Source: Eledone cirrhosa
Lineage: Eukaryota
DNA length: 64,000 nucleotides
Assembly (NCBI GenBank): GCA_964016885.1
Contig: OZ024743.1
Span: forward strand, 296,670,001-296,734,000
Direction: 5' to 3'
The notes below the pieces were generated by a model that worked only from the letters and a program-made list of their open reading frames with translations, did no database searches and was not told the origin of the DNA. The position numbers and the translations under genes were made by a program. Shown here in pieces: positions 38,868-52,553 of the stretch (the first letter of the stretch is position 1; every line of letters begins with the position of its first letter).

Positions 38868-40173
38868 GAATTTGGTAGAGATTAGCTTATCGAGTTCCTT
38901 GAAGACATTACCCGGATCACTGACAGCGGTTCATGGGTGGATATTGTTTACCTTGACTTCGCTAAGGCTTTTAATTCTGTACCACACAAAAGACTTATGG
39001 CGAAACTCTCTGCAATGGGTGAGGGATGGTCTTTTTAACTGGTTGAAATCCTTCATTCTCAGCCGAAAAGAGGTAGTCACGGTTCTAGGACAGCATTCTT
39101 CACCATATGAGATGTAATCTGGTGTACCACAGGGATCTGTTCTTGGTCCCCTTTTGTTTGTGGCATATATTAATGACATAGATGCCAACTTAAAGAATGC
39201 CACAGTACTGAAATATGCAGATGACATCAAGCTGTACCTTGAAATCAAAAGGACTGATCCTGAAATCTACAACTCTTTCTTACTATCAGACCTGGACACA
39301 ATGCAGCAATGGATCACAGACTGGCAACTGAAGCTGGCTGTGCACAAGTGTACCACCATGCATTTGGGAGGAAAAACTCAGCGTCCACATACTCCCTCCA
39401 CAACACTGATATCAAGAAGTCTTCTTGTGAACGTGACCTGGGCATTACTGTCAGCAGTGATTTGCGTTGGACAAAGCACGTCTCTAAGATTGTCAAGAAG
39501 GCTGAGGGTGTCTTGGCATCACTCATCAAGACCTTTGTTAGCCGCTCTCCAGCCATCTATTTAAAGCTGTATACAGCTATGGTACGACCACACTTGGAAT
39601 TTGCATCATCAGTCTGGAACCCCTATCTTGCTCAGAACATTGACCTCTTGGAAACTGTTCAGAGACGTGCAACCAAGCGCATACCCTCCATCAGACACCT
39701 ACCATACTCTGAACGCCTTGCTTCCCTAGGCATGGATTCATTGAAACTCCGACGTCTGGCAATGGACTTGGTAAACACCCACAAAGTTATTAACCATCTC
39801 GCCAACAACAACTCTGAGCACCTTTTTGATCTCCATGTGTCTAACACACGTGGACGTGCCTACAAAATCAGAAAACAGCACAGCTCCCATGACTTTCGGA
39901 AACATTTTTTCACGCTTAGAGTTGCTGAAGCATGGAACAAATTACCTGCGTCAGTTGTTAGCTGCCGAGACACTGCATCCTTTGAAACTCTCATGCTTCC
40001 CGAAATTCGCCAAAACTACACCTGATGCACCCCTTCCATACACATGCACACATGTCTATATCATGACTCATGCACTGTTCATTTTCCTGACGTTTGTACA
40101 TTACCCTATGTACTATACATACACTTTTGATGAGTTGTAGTGCACCTGAGCACTGTACACACATTATTATTAT
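38868..40173 (+). mobile_element. 5'-truncated CR1-type LINE with (ATT)n tail; 3'-tail fragment also at about 4490-4595
   Basis: SGVPQGSVLGPLLF, KYADDIKLY, LYTAMVRPHLEFASSVWNPY and FFTLRVAEAWNKLP motifs, with a stop and a frameshift. Confidence 0.92.
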
Positions 40174-41063
40174 GTTTAGGCTATTACCGCTATAGAGGGA
40201 AAGCGGCATGACAGGGTTAAATCTCCTCTGGTTCTTTGATACTAAGCTATATTAAAATGATTTTAGTTATCTAAAAACAGTCCATCACAATTTTATTTAA
40301 GAACCTTTGGTTCAGTCATATCAAACTTTGTTTTAAAGTGCTTATGTTTATTTTAAAACCTATCTTCTTGGCAAAAATGTGTAGATTCTAAAGGTTTTCG
40401 TTTTGATCAGTAAAGCATATTTTCGACTGAGATGTCATTTTAAAGTTAATGATTAAAAACCTGCATTAATTTCTGATCAACCTGATATAAAACTACTGTT
40501 TGTTTTAATGTGTTTATATTTATCTTAAAAAACCTCCATCGTAGTTTTATGCAAGAATCTGGTTATGTTACAAGACCAACTTAATAACAGTAGTTTTATT
40601 ACTAAATCCTACCAAATTCTTAATTGTAAAAAATATTTGGGAACCACAGGCACTGCCTTTCATTAGAAACCTGGTAAAAGAAGGGTTAAACAGTTAAAGT
40701 GGGGAAATTTTAGAAATTTGTGATTATTTTATAATCAATTATCAAGTCTCATGATATGTACATCTATATGTGTATTTTAAATTTAAACCGGCTGTATCCA
40801 GCCAGAATTCTCTCACTTCTTTCTGTTCAAACTGGTTGCTCATACTGATGTTACGGTTTTGTTCTCAAAACAACTAACATAAGAAGCTCGTAGATTTGAT
40901 ATTATATGAGATAAAGCCTTTACCACAAAAATACAATAATATATATAGTGTAATGTAAATGCTAAAGGGTTAAATATATTATATATATTTAGAATAGTTA
41001 AATAAATTTTGTACTTTTTTTTACATGTTAATTATTTCTGATTTCTTTTTAATATTAATTCAG

Positions 41064-41276
41064 CCTCCTCCAAGTCGTCATCAACATCATCTAATTTATG
41101 CAAAATGACTTCATCGCTAACTCCTTCAATAGGCACAGGTCAACTCTTGTTGGACTGCAGTCTTACAATGGCACCTAACCGTCCTCAATGTAATAGTATT
41201 TTGAATCTTTTTGGTGCCTGGCTTTTTGAAGCAGCTTTGGCTGGAGTTATGTTGCATCCTTGTCACAGTGAAACAG
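41064..41276 (+). CDS. RALGAPB: RALGAPB exon (...[22 protein letters not shown]...HSET)
   Basis: ttcag acceptor and gtatgt donor. Matches recalled [22 protein letters not shown]. Confidence 0.93.
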
Positions 41277-43130
41277 GTATGTATGTTAGAGATATGTTGC
41301 TTTGTTTTTTTATGACTAACATAAGATCAAATCAGTTGTTAATATGAAAATCAAACAGATCTAATGTAATAGTTTGTTTTTGTTTTCTTGAAAGTCTCAA
41401 ACAAGGTGTCAAGTTACTTAGTGTAAGGGACTATGAAGAAGGAAAAATTAAGATGAAAGGAATGAATTTACTTTAGACTTGAAAGAGTTCAAGTAAGAAG
41501 AAAACAATGAGATGGAAGAGAGTTCCAAAGTCTAACCATTCAAGGAAAAAAGCTAGGTTAGGTATTAAAAAAATTGGGGTTGATATGGCTGAATAGTTGA
41601 GATTACTTTGCAATCATGAGGTCCCAGGTTTGATCCCACTCTAACATGTTGGGCAAGTGACTTTTACCATAGCTTTGAGTCAACCCAACCCTTGGGAGTA
41701 AAACTGGGTAGACAGAAACAGTGTGGAAGCCCATCAGATGAATATATATATATAATTCATGCTTCCAGCCTTGTTACAAACACTGTGACATGCTGAATCT
41801 CCTTGAAAATTATGTTACTGGTACGTGTGTCTAGAATGCTCAAACACTTACGTGTTAATTTCACAAGCAGGTTGTTCCATTCATCAAACAACTGGAACAT
41901 CATCATCACCATCACTAACATCGTTTTTTTTTGGTTCGGTTTTCCATGCTCGCATGGGTCGAACGCAGTCATTGTCAAAACCGTTGGAGGTCTATTCCAT
42001 CCCAAGTGCACTGTATATCTTGTGAAAGCAAGAATCTACACCTGGAAATGTTCCCTCTCCAATGTGATGGCCTGGGTTTTATGTAAAAGACCTACAGTCA
42101 CCCGTGCATGCAAGTCTACCTTTTCTAACCACTGCTGTTGTCCAAGAGATAAGCAAGGACTGATACAATTTGGCAACCAGAGATGTTGCAGGCAAAGTCA
42201 TACGACAAAGAGTCAGAAAAGATGCTACAAGGGATCATGTCCACTGCTCTAACTGTTCCACCTGTCTATCACCTTGGACTGGAACTTTATTTATCAACCC
42301 TGAAAGGATGAAAGACAAAGTTGACCTCAACAGGATTTGAACTCAGAGTGCAGAGAACTTGCCAATTCAATGCTGCATAGTTTGTCTTTATTGATTAAAT
42401 ATATTAGGTTCCTAGTCCAATTTGTCAGTTTGTTATTTTGGTACCATGATAAAAAGCACTGTCTACACTGTAAATGTGGTTGGCATTAAGAAGGGCATCC
42501 AGCCGTAGAAACCAATCCAGAAACAGTTCTGTATGAGCAAGACACAGTCACCTAATCTGACTTGTCTCACAATGGGACAACTCCCCTAACCAGTGCTAGC
42601 ATGGAAAATAGATATTAAACGGTAATGATGATGATTTCCATTCAAACCACAGTTAACTATTGTTTTGTTGTTGTTGTGATAAATGTTTACTTTATCTCCT
42701 TTTTCAGTGAAGGTACATGGCCTAGTGGTTAGGGTGTTGGGATCACAATCATAAAGTCATGTATTCAGTTCCAAGACTTGGTGATACATTCTGTCTTTGA
42801 GCAAAGTAGCAGTCAATTAGCCATACAGTGGACTGGTGTCATGTCCAAATGGGGGCAAAAAGATTGTAATCTTAGTCACTTAATACTTATGAAACTGGGA
42901 TAAGCTCTTCTGTCCAACCTGTGCAAGCATGGAAAAATGGACCATAATTGTCATCTGGTTTAGCACAACCATCTCGCCTTTACATGCATTTAGCAGAGTC
43001 CACTTTGTTGCAAGCATTTTGATACTGTCCTCTTTTCTTCCCTCATACCTTTCTTGTAGGGTTACAGTACTGCTCTCTTCTCCCTCACTAAACATGAAAA
43101 ATAAAAAATAACAATAATTACATTTTTCAG

Positions 43131-43366
43131 CCCAGAAACAAGACAGACGGACCAACTCTTTGAGTGAAAGTCGACACAGCTCTTTAACTGTAGATTACTA
43201 TTCAGATAAGAATCGCATTGCTGACAACACTTATGAAGCTGGACGGGCTGAAGCTTGTGGAACCCTCTGCCGGATATTCTGTGCTCATCGTACTGGTGAA
43301 GAAATTCTACCAGTATATTATTCTCGGTTCTACATTACCATGTATTATGGACTACAGACTGATGAT
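43131..43366 (+). CDS. RALGAPB: RALGAPB exon (...[34 protein letters not shown]...QTDD)
   Basis: tttttcag acceptor and gtaaga donor. Near-identical to the conserved [17 protein letters not shown] motif. Confidence 0.96.
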
Positions 43367-43891
43367 GTAAGATTTTCTAGTACACAATTTAACATACATA
43401 TATGCTAGACTGTACTATACAATATACTCAGTTGATCCGTCTTTTTTCTGGTCACAAAGATTTTGCATTTTAGTCTTTTTGACACTAAACTGCCTAAAAC
43501 TACCCCTGGTTCTATTAAATTTATCTAAAAATCTTCCATCGTAATTTTATGTAAGAAACTTTAAGTTATACTCTAAGTATCAGCTTAATAAGAGGGCTAT
43601 AAAGCACTTGTTGTTGTCTTTAGTTCTGCCAAGAATATAGCCTCTTCCATCTAGCAGGGAGTGTTCTATTCTCAGTCACTAAACACCACCACATGAAACT
43701 GGGATATGGTCTTGCTTGATGATCCTCAGCACTTGAGACAAACTTAATAACCCTTTAAACACTAATGTACTGGAAACCACCTCCATTGAAGTGTGCAGAT
43801 TTAAAGTTAATATAAAGGATGATGTGCTCAAGCACATATATGGTATAAAATAGGGTAAAAACCCTTAAAAGATATAAAAAGAAGTTCCCAT

Positions 43892-43965
43892 CAGCCGATG
43901 AGGAATTGAACTCCATATCTCCAAGATACCAGTTAGGTGCTTTAAACCATTAAGCTAAGAGTCTG
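43892..43965 (-). pseudogene. tRNA-like sequence inside a repeat
   Basis: A box tagcttaatgg and B box gagttcaattcc, anticodon loop ct-GGT-at, poor acceptor stem. Confidence 0.55.
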
Positions 43966-44459
43966 TGGCAACCCTTTACCGTTTTTTTTTAAGAAATAGC
44001 TGAATGACAGCTTTCAATTGTCAACAGACAGACATCCATATGTAAACAATCAACATATGTAGCCAATCTCTCTGATTTTTTTTAAGCGCTGAGAATATAG
44101 TTAAAAAAGTCCAAAAGATCGACTACGTATATTGTTCAGATTTAAATTTAAATCTTGGACTTCAGTCTCATTATTACATGAAGCATATTATTTGATTTCT
44201 AGTTAAATATTTATGTTTTGTTGTTTTAGTTGAAAGTTAGTTATTTCATCAAACCTCTCGTAATTCATGATTATTGTAATTTCAACACAAATCAGTATAT
44301 TCCTGTTTAAAATATAGTAATGAAAGAGTTCATAATCTGGAGAGGGATTAAACCATAAGAAGAAAAGGAACTGAGACAATTATTGATAGGATAGACGTAA
44401 AATATCCCTCCCTTTTCCTAATATAAAAACTGATTGGTGTTAATTTTATTTCTTTGCAG

Positions 44460-44602
44460 AGCATGAGTAATGAAGTGCTATCAAGTATTTTATTTCATTC
44501 TTGTGACCTCTTGCGAGTTGATCTAGCAGGAGCTCAGATTCTTGTTCCTTATATTCTAAATGCCCTTGAATTAGTTCTTAGTGATTCTTCACAAAAATTC
44601 AA
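44460..44602 (+). CDS. RALGAPB: RALGAPB exon (SMSNEVLSSILFHSCDLLRVDLAGAQILVPYILNALELVL...KF)
   Basis: tttgcag acceptor and gtaagt donor, phase 0-2. Matches recalled VLASVILNS...DLKGIDVVVPYFISALE. Confidence 0.92.
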
Positions 44603-44849
44603 GTAAGTTTCAATCCTTATTCATTCATTTATTTTACTTATATATTTTATATTTTCCATGTGTATCCCTGTTTTTAGAATAGGTACATTGTATCCCTGTG
44701 TGTTGTAAAAGGTTACTAAAATGGTTGGCATCAGTAAGGACATTCGGCTGTAAAGCATTGTTTCAAAACATCCCGTCCAACTCATGCCAGCATGGAAAAA
44801 TGGACCTATAAACAATGATTTTGTTTGTGATGTTTGACTATGCTTCATA

Positions 44850-45280
44850 TGATTCTCATGTACAAAGCATAATGTTCCTTGGTAGTGAAACGTGGGCTTT
44901 GAATATAGAGGAAATGTGAAGTTTAAAAAGAAATTAGGCTTGCATGCTCCAATGGATGTATAATATTAGTGTGCATGAAGGACAAATATAGATAAGTGGA
45001 AGGAAAAACTGGACATAAGAGGAATTAGACATAATGTGCAAGAGAGAAGACTGTTTGTATGGACACATGATCCTGCATATAGATGATGATTGTTAGGTGA
45101 ATATGTGCCAGGAGCTCCAGATAGTAGGTAGCTGCAGAGAAAAAAAGATCAAGGAGAACCTGGGCAGAAGTGGTGAGAGTTGACTTCAAGATGCTGAACC
45201 ACAGAAGAAATAATGAAGAAATGTAACAGGAGCAGAAAAGCTGAACTGGAGATGACTCATTCAGTCCATGTAAGAATGAG
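44850..45280 (+). mobile_element. Old RTE 3' fragment
   Basis: Degenerate GSETW and VQERRL..YGH motifs. Confidence 0.65.
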
Positions 45281-45665
45281 AATGCTGTGTTAGTGTTATC
45301 ACTAATTAAAACTAGCAGGCCCAGCTTGCACTAAATGTAGCTAAGCCTTCACCACAAATAGTTTGTTTACAAAATCCTATTAAGAAGATACTGTCCACTA
45401 TCCTTACATGTTCACAGTTTAGATACTCTCAGCATGACTAGATGTATGAAGGTTAGCTGAAAAGTTCATAGGCTAACCAAGATACTCTCATGAAATGACC
45501 AAATGAGGTTTATTTTTCCACATAGTCCCTAGAAAGAAACAATGCAGTTATTAATAAGAAGAGTTGAAAATTAATGCATGCAAGATTTCACTGCTCTAGC
45601 ATCACTCCTTCATAATCAGCCTATGAACTTTTCAGCCAAGCCTCGTGTGTATGTGTATATATATA

Positions 45666-47982
45666 GTTCAAGCATGTTCTACAACGCGAGGACCAAAAAC
45701 GCAAGGTGTTCAGGATTGCTAGACAATGTGTCAAGGAAAACCATGATATTGTCGGGGAGAATTGTGTCAGTAATGATAACGGTTTACTTGCCCTCACTGA
45801 TGCTGATAAGAAGATAGCCTGGAAGTGTCACTACGAGAGACTATTAAATGAGGAGAATAAGTGGGAAAAAGATAGTCTGCCCCAAATCGATCCAATAGAA
45901 GGACCAGCGGTGCAAGTTAAAGGTAGTATAATAAGTAAGGCAATCAAAGATATGAAGACAAGCAAAGCAGCTGGGCCTTCGGAGATAGTTGCTGAGATGT
46001 TGAAGGCATCTGGAATGGTGGGACATACTATGGTCACCCGTATAGTTAACCAAGTAATACAGAATGGGGTCATTCCAAAAGACTGGCGTAGCAACATCAT
46101 CATTAACTGCTACAAGGGTAAAGGAGATGCTCTAGATAGAGGAAACTATAGAGGCATTAAGTTAATTGACCAGGTGATGAAGGTCACAGAAAGAGTTATA
46201 ACGCAACTAATCAGAGAGCGTATTGATCTAGATGAAATGCTGTTTGGGTTTGTGTCGGGTAAAAGTACCACAGACGCTCTTTTCCTTGTACGACAACTAC
46301 AAGAGAAGTACCTAGCTAAAAGTAAACGCCTCTACTTAGCTTTTGTAGACCTGAAAAAAAAGCCTTTGACAGAGTCCTCCGCTCCATTATCTGGTGGGCT
46401 CTTAGAAAACTAGGTGTAGATGAATGGCTTGTGAGAGCTATACAAGCTATCCATAATGAAACAGTCAGTAAGGTTAGAATTAATGAATATTGTGAAGAAT
46501 TTAGTGTAAAAGTTGGTGTTCACCAAGGCTCTGTCCTTAGCCCCCTCCTATTTATTATTGCCCTTCAGGCTATAACAGAGGAGTTCAAGACCGGCTGCCC
46601 ATGGGAACTCCTATATGCAGATGATCTAACGCTCATAGCTGAATCAATGGCTGAACTAGAAAAGAAATTCCAAACATGGAAGCATGGCCTAGAATCAAAA
46701 GGCCTTAAAGTTAACTTGTCTAAGACTAAAGTCCTAGTTTGTAGAAAGGAAAATAAGGCACAGGTATCCTCAGAGAAATGGCCTTGCTCAGTGTGTAGGA
46801 AAGGAGTAGGCAGAAATTCAATTTTATGTCCCAAATGCAAAGTGATCCCATAAAAGAGGTAGTGGGATCACAGGTAAACTATCTAAGAACGTAGACTTTA
46901 TATGTGGCCGATGCTCAGGTGCAATAGGTAGCAAGTGTCCACAGGATACTAGCCCCTTCTATTGCCCAGATGGTTCTATAGAAATAGTGGACACTTTCCG
47001 TTACCTGGGTGACGAAATCAGCAGTGGTGGAGGGTATTCTGAAAGTACTGTAGCTAGAGTCAGAATGGGATGAAAAAAGTTCAGAGAGCTTATACCGCTG
47101 TTGGCCACAAAAGGTTCCTCTCTAAAAATGAAAGGCAGGCTGTATGATGCCTGCATACGAACAGCAATGCTACATGGCAGTGAGACATGGGCATTGCGTG
47201 CAGAGGACCTGCGTAGACTGGAAAGGAACGAAGCATGTATGCTCCGTTGGATGTGTAATAATAATATACGTGAACGGCAAAGCATAAATGAACTAAGTGA
47301 GAAATTAGGAATAAGAGGGATCAGATGCTGTTTACTCGAGAGAAGACTACGTTGGTATGGCCACATGATGTGCATGAAAGACGACAGCTGTATAAAAAAA
47401 GTGCAGGGCGATCAAAATTGATGGTAGTTACGGAGTAGGTAGACTCAGAAAAACCTGGGATGATCTGATAAATTCCGACCTTACTCACTTGCACCTCTCT
47501 AAGACAATGTCACTGGACCGAGATCTTTGGCGCTACGCAGTAATACAGAAGACCCGCCTTGCCTATGTACAAAGCGAAACCTACAGTCAGTAGGCACCTC
47601 TTAACCAAATATACACCCCAATCCACTACCCCTACCCTATCCTCCCACTCCCACCAACACCACCCCCTCCCTCTCTATAAAGTTGGTACCACAACATCCA
47701 GTCCAAATAAATGAGATCGAGATCATGTAGGTGTCACGAGAAAAAAAACCACAGTCCACGCTGTAATGTGGCCGTGTAGGTAACATGGTAAAAAGTTCCC
47801 AGTTCCACACTGTAAATGTGGTTGGTGTTAAGAAGGGCATCCAGCCGTAGAAAACCTGCCAGATAGTCCTATATGAGTGAGACACGGTCACCCGACCAAC
47901 CTTGCCTCAAGTGGGTCAACTCCCGTCTAACCCATGCTAGCGTGGAAAGTGGACGTTAAACAAGGATGAAGATGATGATGAT
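45666..47982 (+). mobile_element. 5'-truncated RTE LINE, same subfamily as 5665-7740
   Basis: ORFs 45706-46413, 46431-46853 and 47101-47421. Same 3'UTR and (GAT)n tail, with TA flanks. Confidence 0.95.
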
Positions 47983-48490
47983 ATATATAAAACATAAACA
48001 TATTGTATAAGGGTTCATATATACATTTATTTTATATTTAATGCATTATCTCAACCATCATGCATACACTTTTGTATTTTCTACAGCAAGCTATTTCAAT
48101 AGATTATTGCTTTTTATTTTATTAATAAACATTTGGTTAATTATTATTAGTCAGCATTGAAATAGAATGAGTTGGTTTGGTCATGTGTTGAGGAGATAAA
48201 AGTGACTAGGTGAGAAGGATGATGGAAATGAATGTGAAGGGGACTAGAGGAAGAGAAAGATCAAGAAAGATATGATTAAAGAAGATGGAGGACAAAATGG
48301 AAGCCAGAAGGTAAGTGAAGGGTATGAAAATGATAGGGCAAAATAGAAAAGCTTGTTATGAGGCCTGCTAGGCTAACCTCTGGTTTAGCAAATAAAATGG
48401 TCTTAAAAATGCTTATTGCTTTAATGTTAAAAGTACACACTTCTTAAAGTAACTAATTCACTAATATTTACTTATTTTAAATATTTTTAG

Positions 48491-48594
48491 ACCCCGAGAG
48501 ACAATACCAGTTGTTGATCTTCGTAAAGCATGCTTTCATCTCTTGTTATCAATGTTATGTTTACCACTTCACTTCAGAGACCTTGAAATCAAAG
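48491..48594 (+). CDS. RALGAPB: RALGAPB exon (PRETIPVVDLRKACFHLLLSMLCLPLHFRDLEIK)
   Basis: tttttag acceptor and gtgggt donor, phase 2-1. Matches recalled [20 protein letters not shown]. Confidence 0.9.
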
Positions 48595-49449
48595 GTGGGT
48601 ATTATTCACCTGCTTATTCTTTTATTGGCTTCAATCATTAGACTGCAACCATGTTGGGACACCACTTTGACGGGATTTAGTTAATCATATCAATTCTAGT
48701 ACTTATTTTCCATGTGTGGTAGTTATTTTATTGATCATTGTCAAGTTATAGGACATGAACAAACAAACAGTAAATGTAAATATACACACACACACACATA
48801 CACACACGTCTATATAAGGGGCATCCATGGAGTTTCCATCTACCATATTTCACAAACAAGGCATTGGTCAACCTATGGCTATAATAAAAGATAAAAATAT
48901 TTGCTCAAGTTGTGATGTAGTGAGACTGAACCCAAAACTACTTGGTTGTGAAGCAAACTCCTTAAACATTCAGCCATGTTTGAATAGATTACTTGTGACA
49001 TTGGTTCTATGTCTTTCAGAAGACCAATCAGACTTCAAATGTTAATAGTTTATATTAATAGTTAATAGTTATATTAATAGTTAATAGTTTATATCACCTA
49101 CCAATTTCCCCAAGAAATATGAGATATCAACAACAGTTGCAACTCTGTAGTTTTGGGTTCAATCTCACTCCCTGGTACTCTGGGTTAGGTATTTCTATTC
49201 CAGCCTCAGGCTGACTGGTACTTTGAGTGAACTTGGTGGATGGAATGCGTGTGTGAGAGAGAGAGAAAGGCTATAATAGAAAAAACTTGGATAAAGTGCT
49301 ACACACACTGGGATGGAAAATGAATCCATGTCTTTGCAATGCAAACTTCTTAATTACACTGTTCTCTTCCTGAGTCATCCCTCCAGCAAAGGTGAAGCAT
49401 GCACAAATTCTTGTTTCAGACCTCTCGATTACTCATTATAGCAAGAAGA

Positions 49450-49880
49450 TCCCATCCAGTGAAGCCAGTGTCTCTTGCCAACAAAGTCCTGATTGTTAGG
49501 TTTGGACATCGGCACTTTGCATCTGGTGACCAGAGAAGCAGTTTCTCTGCAGGTTCATCATGGCAGGAAACATAACCAGCTAGAGCCAAGATCAAACTTT
49601 TGATGAAACTCTTGACAGGTCACCATAAAAAAAAAACCCTATTGGTAGTGTGACTTTGCCATGAAATGTTGAACACCGCATCAAGCAGGTGACACTGAGA
49701 GTCCAGGACTCTGAACCATATAGCAAGATGACCTCGACAGTAGCTTTGAAGACAACGCACTTCATAGATCTTGGGATGGGAGCCTTCCAGTAAATTTGTT
49801 GACTCCATGCTTGACCAACTCTGGTGATCATATCATGCTCAGAGTCTGTATAACCACCCAGATGCACAGCCATACCTGCA
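49450..49880 (-). mobile_element. Degenerate LINE fragment (RTE/RTEX-like)
   Basis: FKATVEVILLYGSESWTL motif. Confidence 0.6.
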
Positions 49881-50251
49881 GCTTAAATGAAAGAAATTAT
49901 TATTGGGAGAGTGGGGGAATGGCAGAAATGTTAGAGGCTCAGATTTGATACCTTATTTAGTTATCTCCCTTTACTGTCTGAGTTTCGATCCCACTGGGGT
50001 TCATTTCATCCTTCCAGAATTTATAATATAAGTATCAGTCAAATGAAGTACTATTGGAGTTAATTCAATTTACTACTCTGCAGTTTTGTAATGTAAGAAT
50101 GTAAAAAATTTATAATTTATTTTAGTTGATATAAATTCTAATGAACGCCTGGTGGTTTACAGCATGTCTCATGATCATAAGGTCATAGGTTTGATGCCTG
50201 GGACAGTTGGCGTATTGTTTCTTTGAGAAAGGCACTTTGTTTCACATTACT

Positions 50252-50693
50252 TCATCATCATCATCACCGTTTTACGTTCATTCTTCCACGCTAGCATGGG
50301 TTAGACGGGTTGTCCTGTTGTGGGCAGTGTCTGGTCAGCTGACCTTGTCTTGCTCATACGGGAACTGATTGTGGCTTGATTTCTACAGCTGGATGCCCTT
50401 CCTAACACCAACCTCATTTACAGTGAGTGCTGGGTGCTTTCTTTCCATGGTGCCTACACGTCCACTTTACAGTGTGGGCTGGGTGCTTTTTTGCCATGGC
50501 ACCTCCACGACCACTTTGCAATGGAATGATAGAGACCCCCAGTCCTATCATCTCATTTCTACAGCTGAGTAAACTGGAGCAATGTGAAATAAAGTGTCTT
50601 GATCAAGGAAACAACACATCACCGGTCCGAGAATTCAACTCACAACCTTTCGATTGCAAGCCCAATGCTCTAACCACTAAGCCATGCGCCTTC
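50252..50693 (-). mobile_element. Long-tail variant of the same SINE, nested in an older + strand SINE (about 50140-50815)
   Basis: Same head, but the tail matches the 3'UTR of the RTE at 25920-27235. Confidence 0.88.
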
Positions 50694-51061
50694 ACTCAAG
50701 AAAATTAGTAAAGTAAAAGCAGCTGCTTGGAATGAACTGGCACCCTGTCCAAGACTGGGTCTGGTACTCATAATTCACTTAATACCCATGAAACCAAGAT
50801 AAGCTCAGGCCTGACCCATGTAAATATGGATAAAACCAGATGTAAGAATAATGAAAATTATATTGTAATGATGATTGTTTTCATCCATTTGTCCATGCTT
50901 GCATGGCTTAGACAATCCCTTTCCAATACTCCATCTCTCTCCATTTGTTTCTATCCTTTGTCATCTCCTTTGTGAGATGTAGTTTCTTGAGGTCATCCTT
51001 CACCACTTTTATCCATATCTTTCTTAGGCTTCTTGCTTTAATATATTTATTTCTTTTCCAG

Positions 51062-51190
51062 ACATATTATCTAGTCCTGAAGGTGGTGATCGAAAAATAT
51101 CATTCATCTCACTTAAATTCAAAATAACTGAACTTTTACTTCGAGCTCTACGCCAGGAAACAGATCCATCAAACACACAAATGTTGTTAG
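51062..51190 (+). CDS. RALGAPB: RALGAPB exon (DILSSPEGGDRKISFISLKFKITELLLRALRQETDPSNTQMLL)
   Basis: ttttccag acceptor and gtaagt donor. Matches recalled ITFLSLKLRL...ETDPNNTQMILG. Confidence 0.93.
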
Positions 51191-52553
51191 GTAAGTTTAG
51201 CATATTTTCATGCTTAGATTTATTTTAACCCTGTTTTCTATCGTTGACAAATACCCAGATTAATAAGTAAGTGAATTGGCAGAAATGCTAGAACAGAGGA
51301 CAGAGTTCAAATCCTGTTGAGGTCAACTTATCCTTTCATCCTTTCTAGATCCTTAAAGTAAACTACCATCCTAGGGAGGTGCATTTGGAGAAATTATTAG
51401 AGCATTGGACGAGTTGCCTTGTGATATTTGTTCCAGCTCTTTGTGTTCTGAGTTCAAATCCCACTGTGGCCTACTTCTCATTTAATCCATCACCCTAGTT
51501 CACACCAACACTTAGGCCTTAAATAAATTTAGCAGAATCCCCATTTGGACAAGGTCCCTGTTTTGAGGATACCTTCCTCCCATCTGTCTTGAAGCCCCTT
51601 GAAAAGGGTCATGGGTACTGCCTTTCCCTCTCGGATTAAACATTAAAAACAACGCATATAATAAAAAAATATATTTTATATATCATATCTTAATGTATCT
51701 CACACAATATGCATTAGCTTGCCTGCTTTCCATGGGCTCTCAACAGTTGGTGGAGCCGTAGAGGCACTATTCTGATCTACAGCATGTCATGACCATTTTA
51801 AAACCTGGGGGGCCCACTCTTTTCTCTGTCTGACCACAGTCAATTTTTCACAAAAAAGCTATAGACAAAGGACACATCAAATAATCAACCCTAGTTCTGG
51901 GTTGGTACTTTGTTTTTCAACCCCAAAAACATGAAAGACAAAGTTCACCTTGACAACATTTGAATTCTGGTTGTGAAGGGCCATGGTGAATGCCACAGTG
52001 TATTTTATTCAATGCTCCAATGATTCTACTAATTCACCAACGTAACCCTTTCATTTCTATATTTCTAATGAAAGACAAGCCTATGATTTTCAAAAATTTT
52101 GAAAATAATCAAGAATTTGAAGAGATTTAGTAAAATAAATAATTTTTTCATTATTATGCTTGTATAATGATGGTGGATTTGCAGTATTGGTAGAGCACCA
52201 GACATCATGCTTTGCAGCATAGAGTTACGGCCCTTTACGTTCCAGTTTCAAATCTCACTGAGATTAGCTTTGCCTTACAGGGTTGATAAAATAAAGCACC
52301 AGTAAGCACTGGGATCGATTTGATTGACTTTCCCCTCCTCTTCAAATTGCTGGCCTTGTGCCTAAAGTAGAAACAATTTTTATGCTTGTATTTGGAACAT
52401 AAATTAATGATTCTTTCATAAAATTGTGGTAGTTAGTTTTTAGATAAGCAGTTTTCATCATAGAACTAGGAGCAATTTCAAGAATATTGGTATCAAAATG
52501 GTAAAGATGCGTTCATTGATCTAGTTATTACCTTTATTGGGAAATAGTTACAT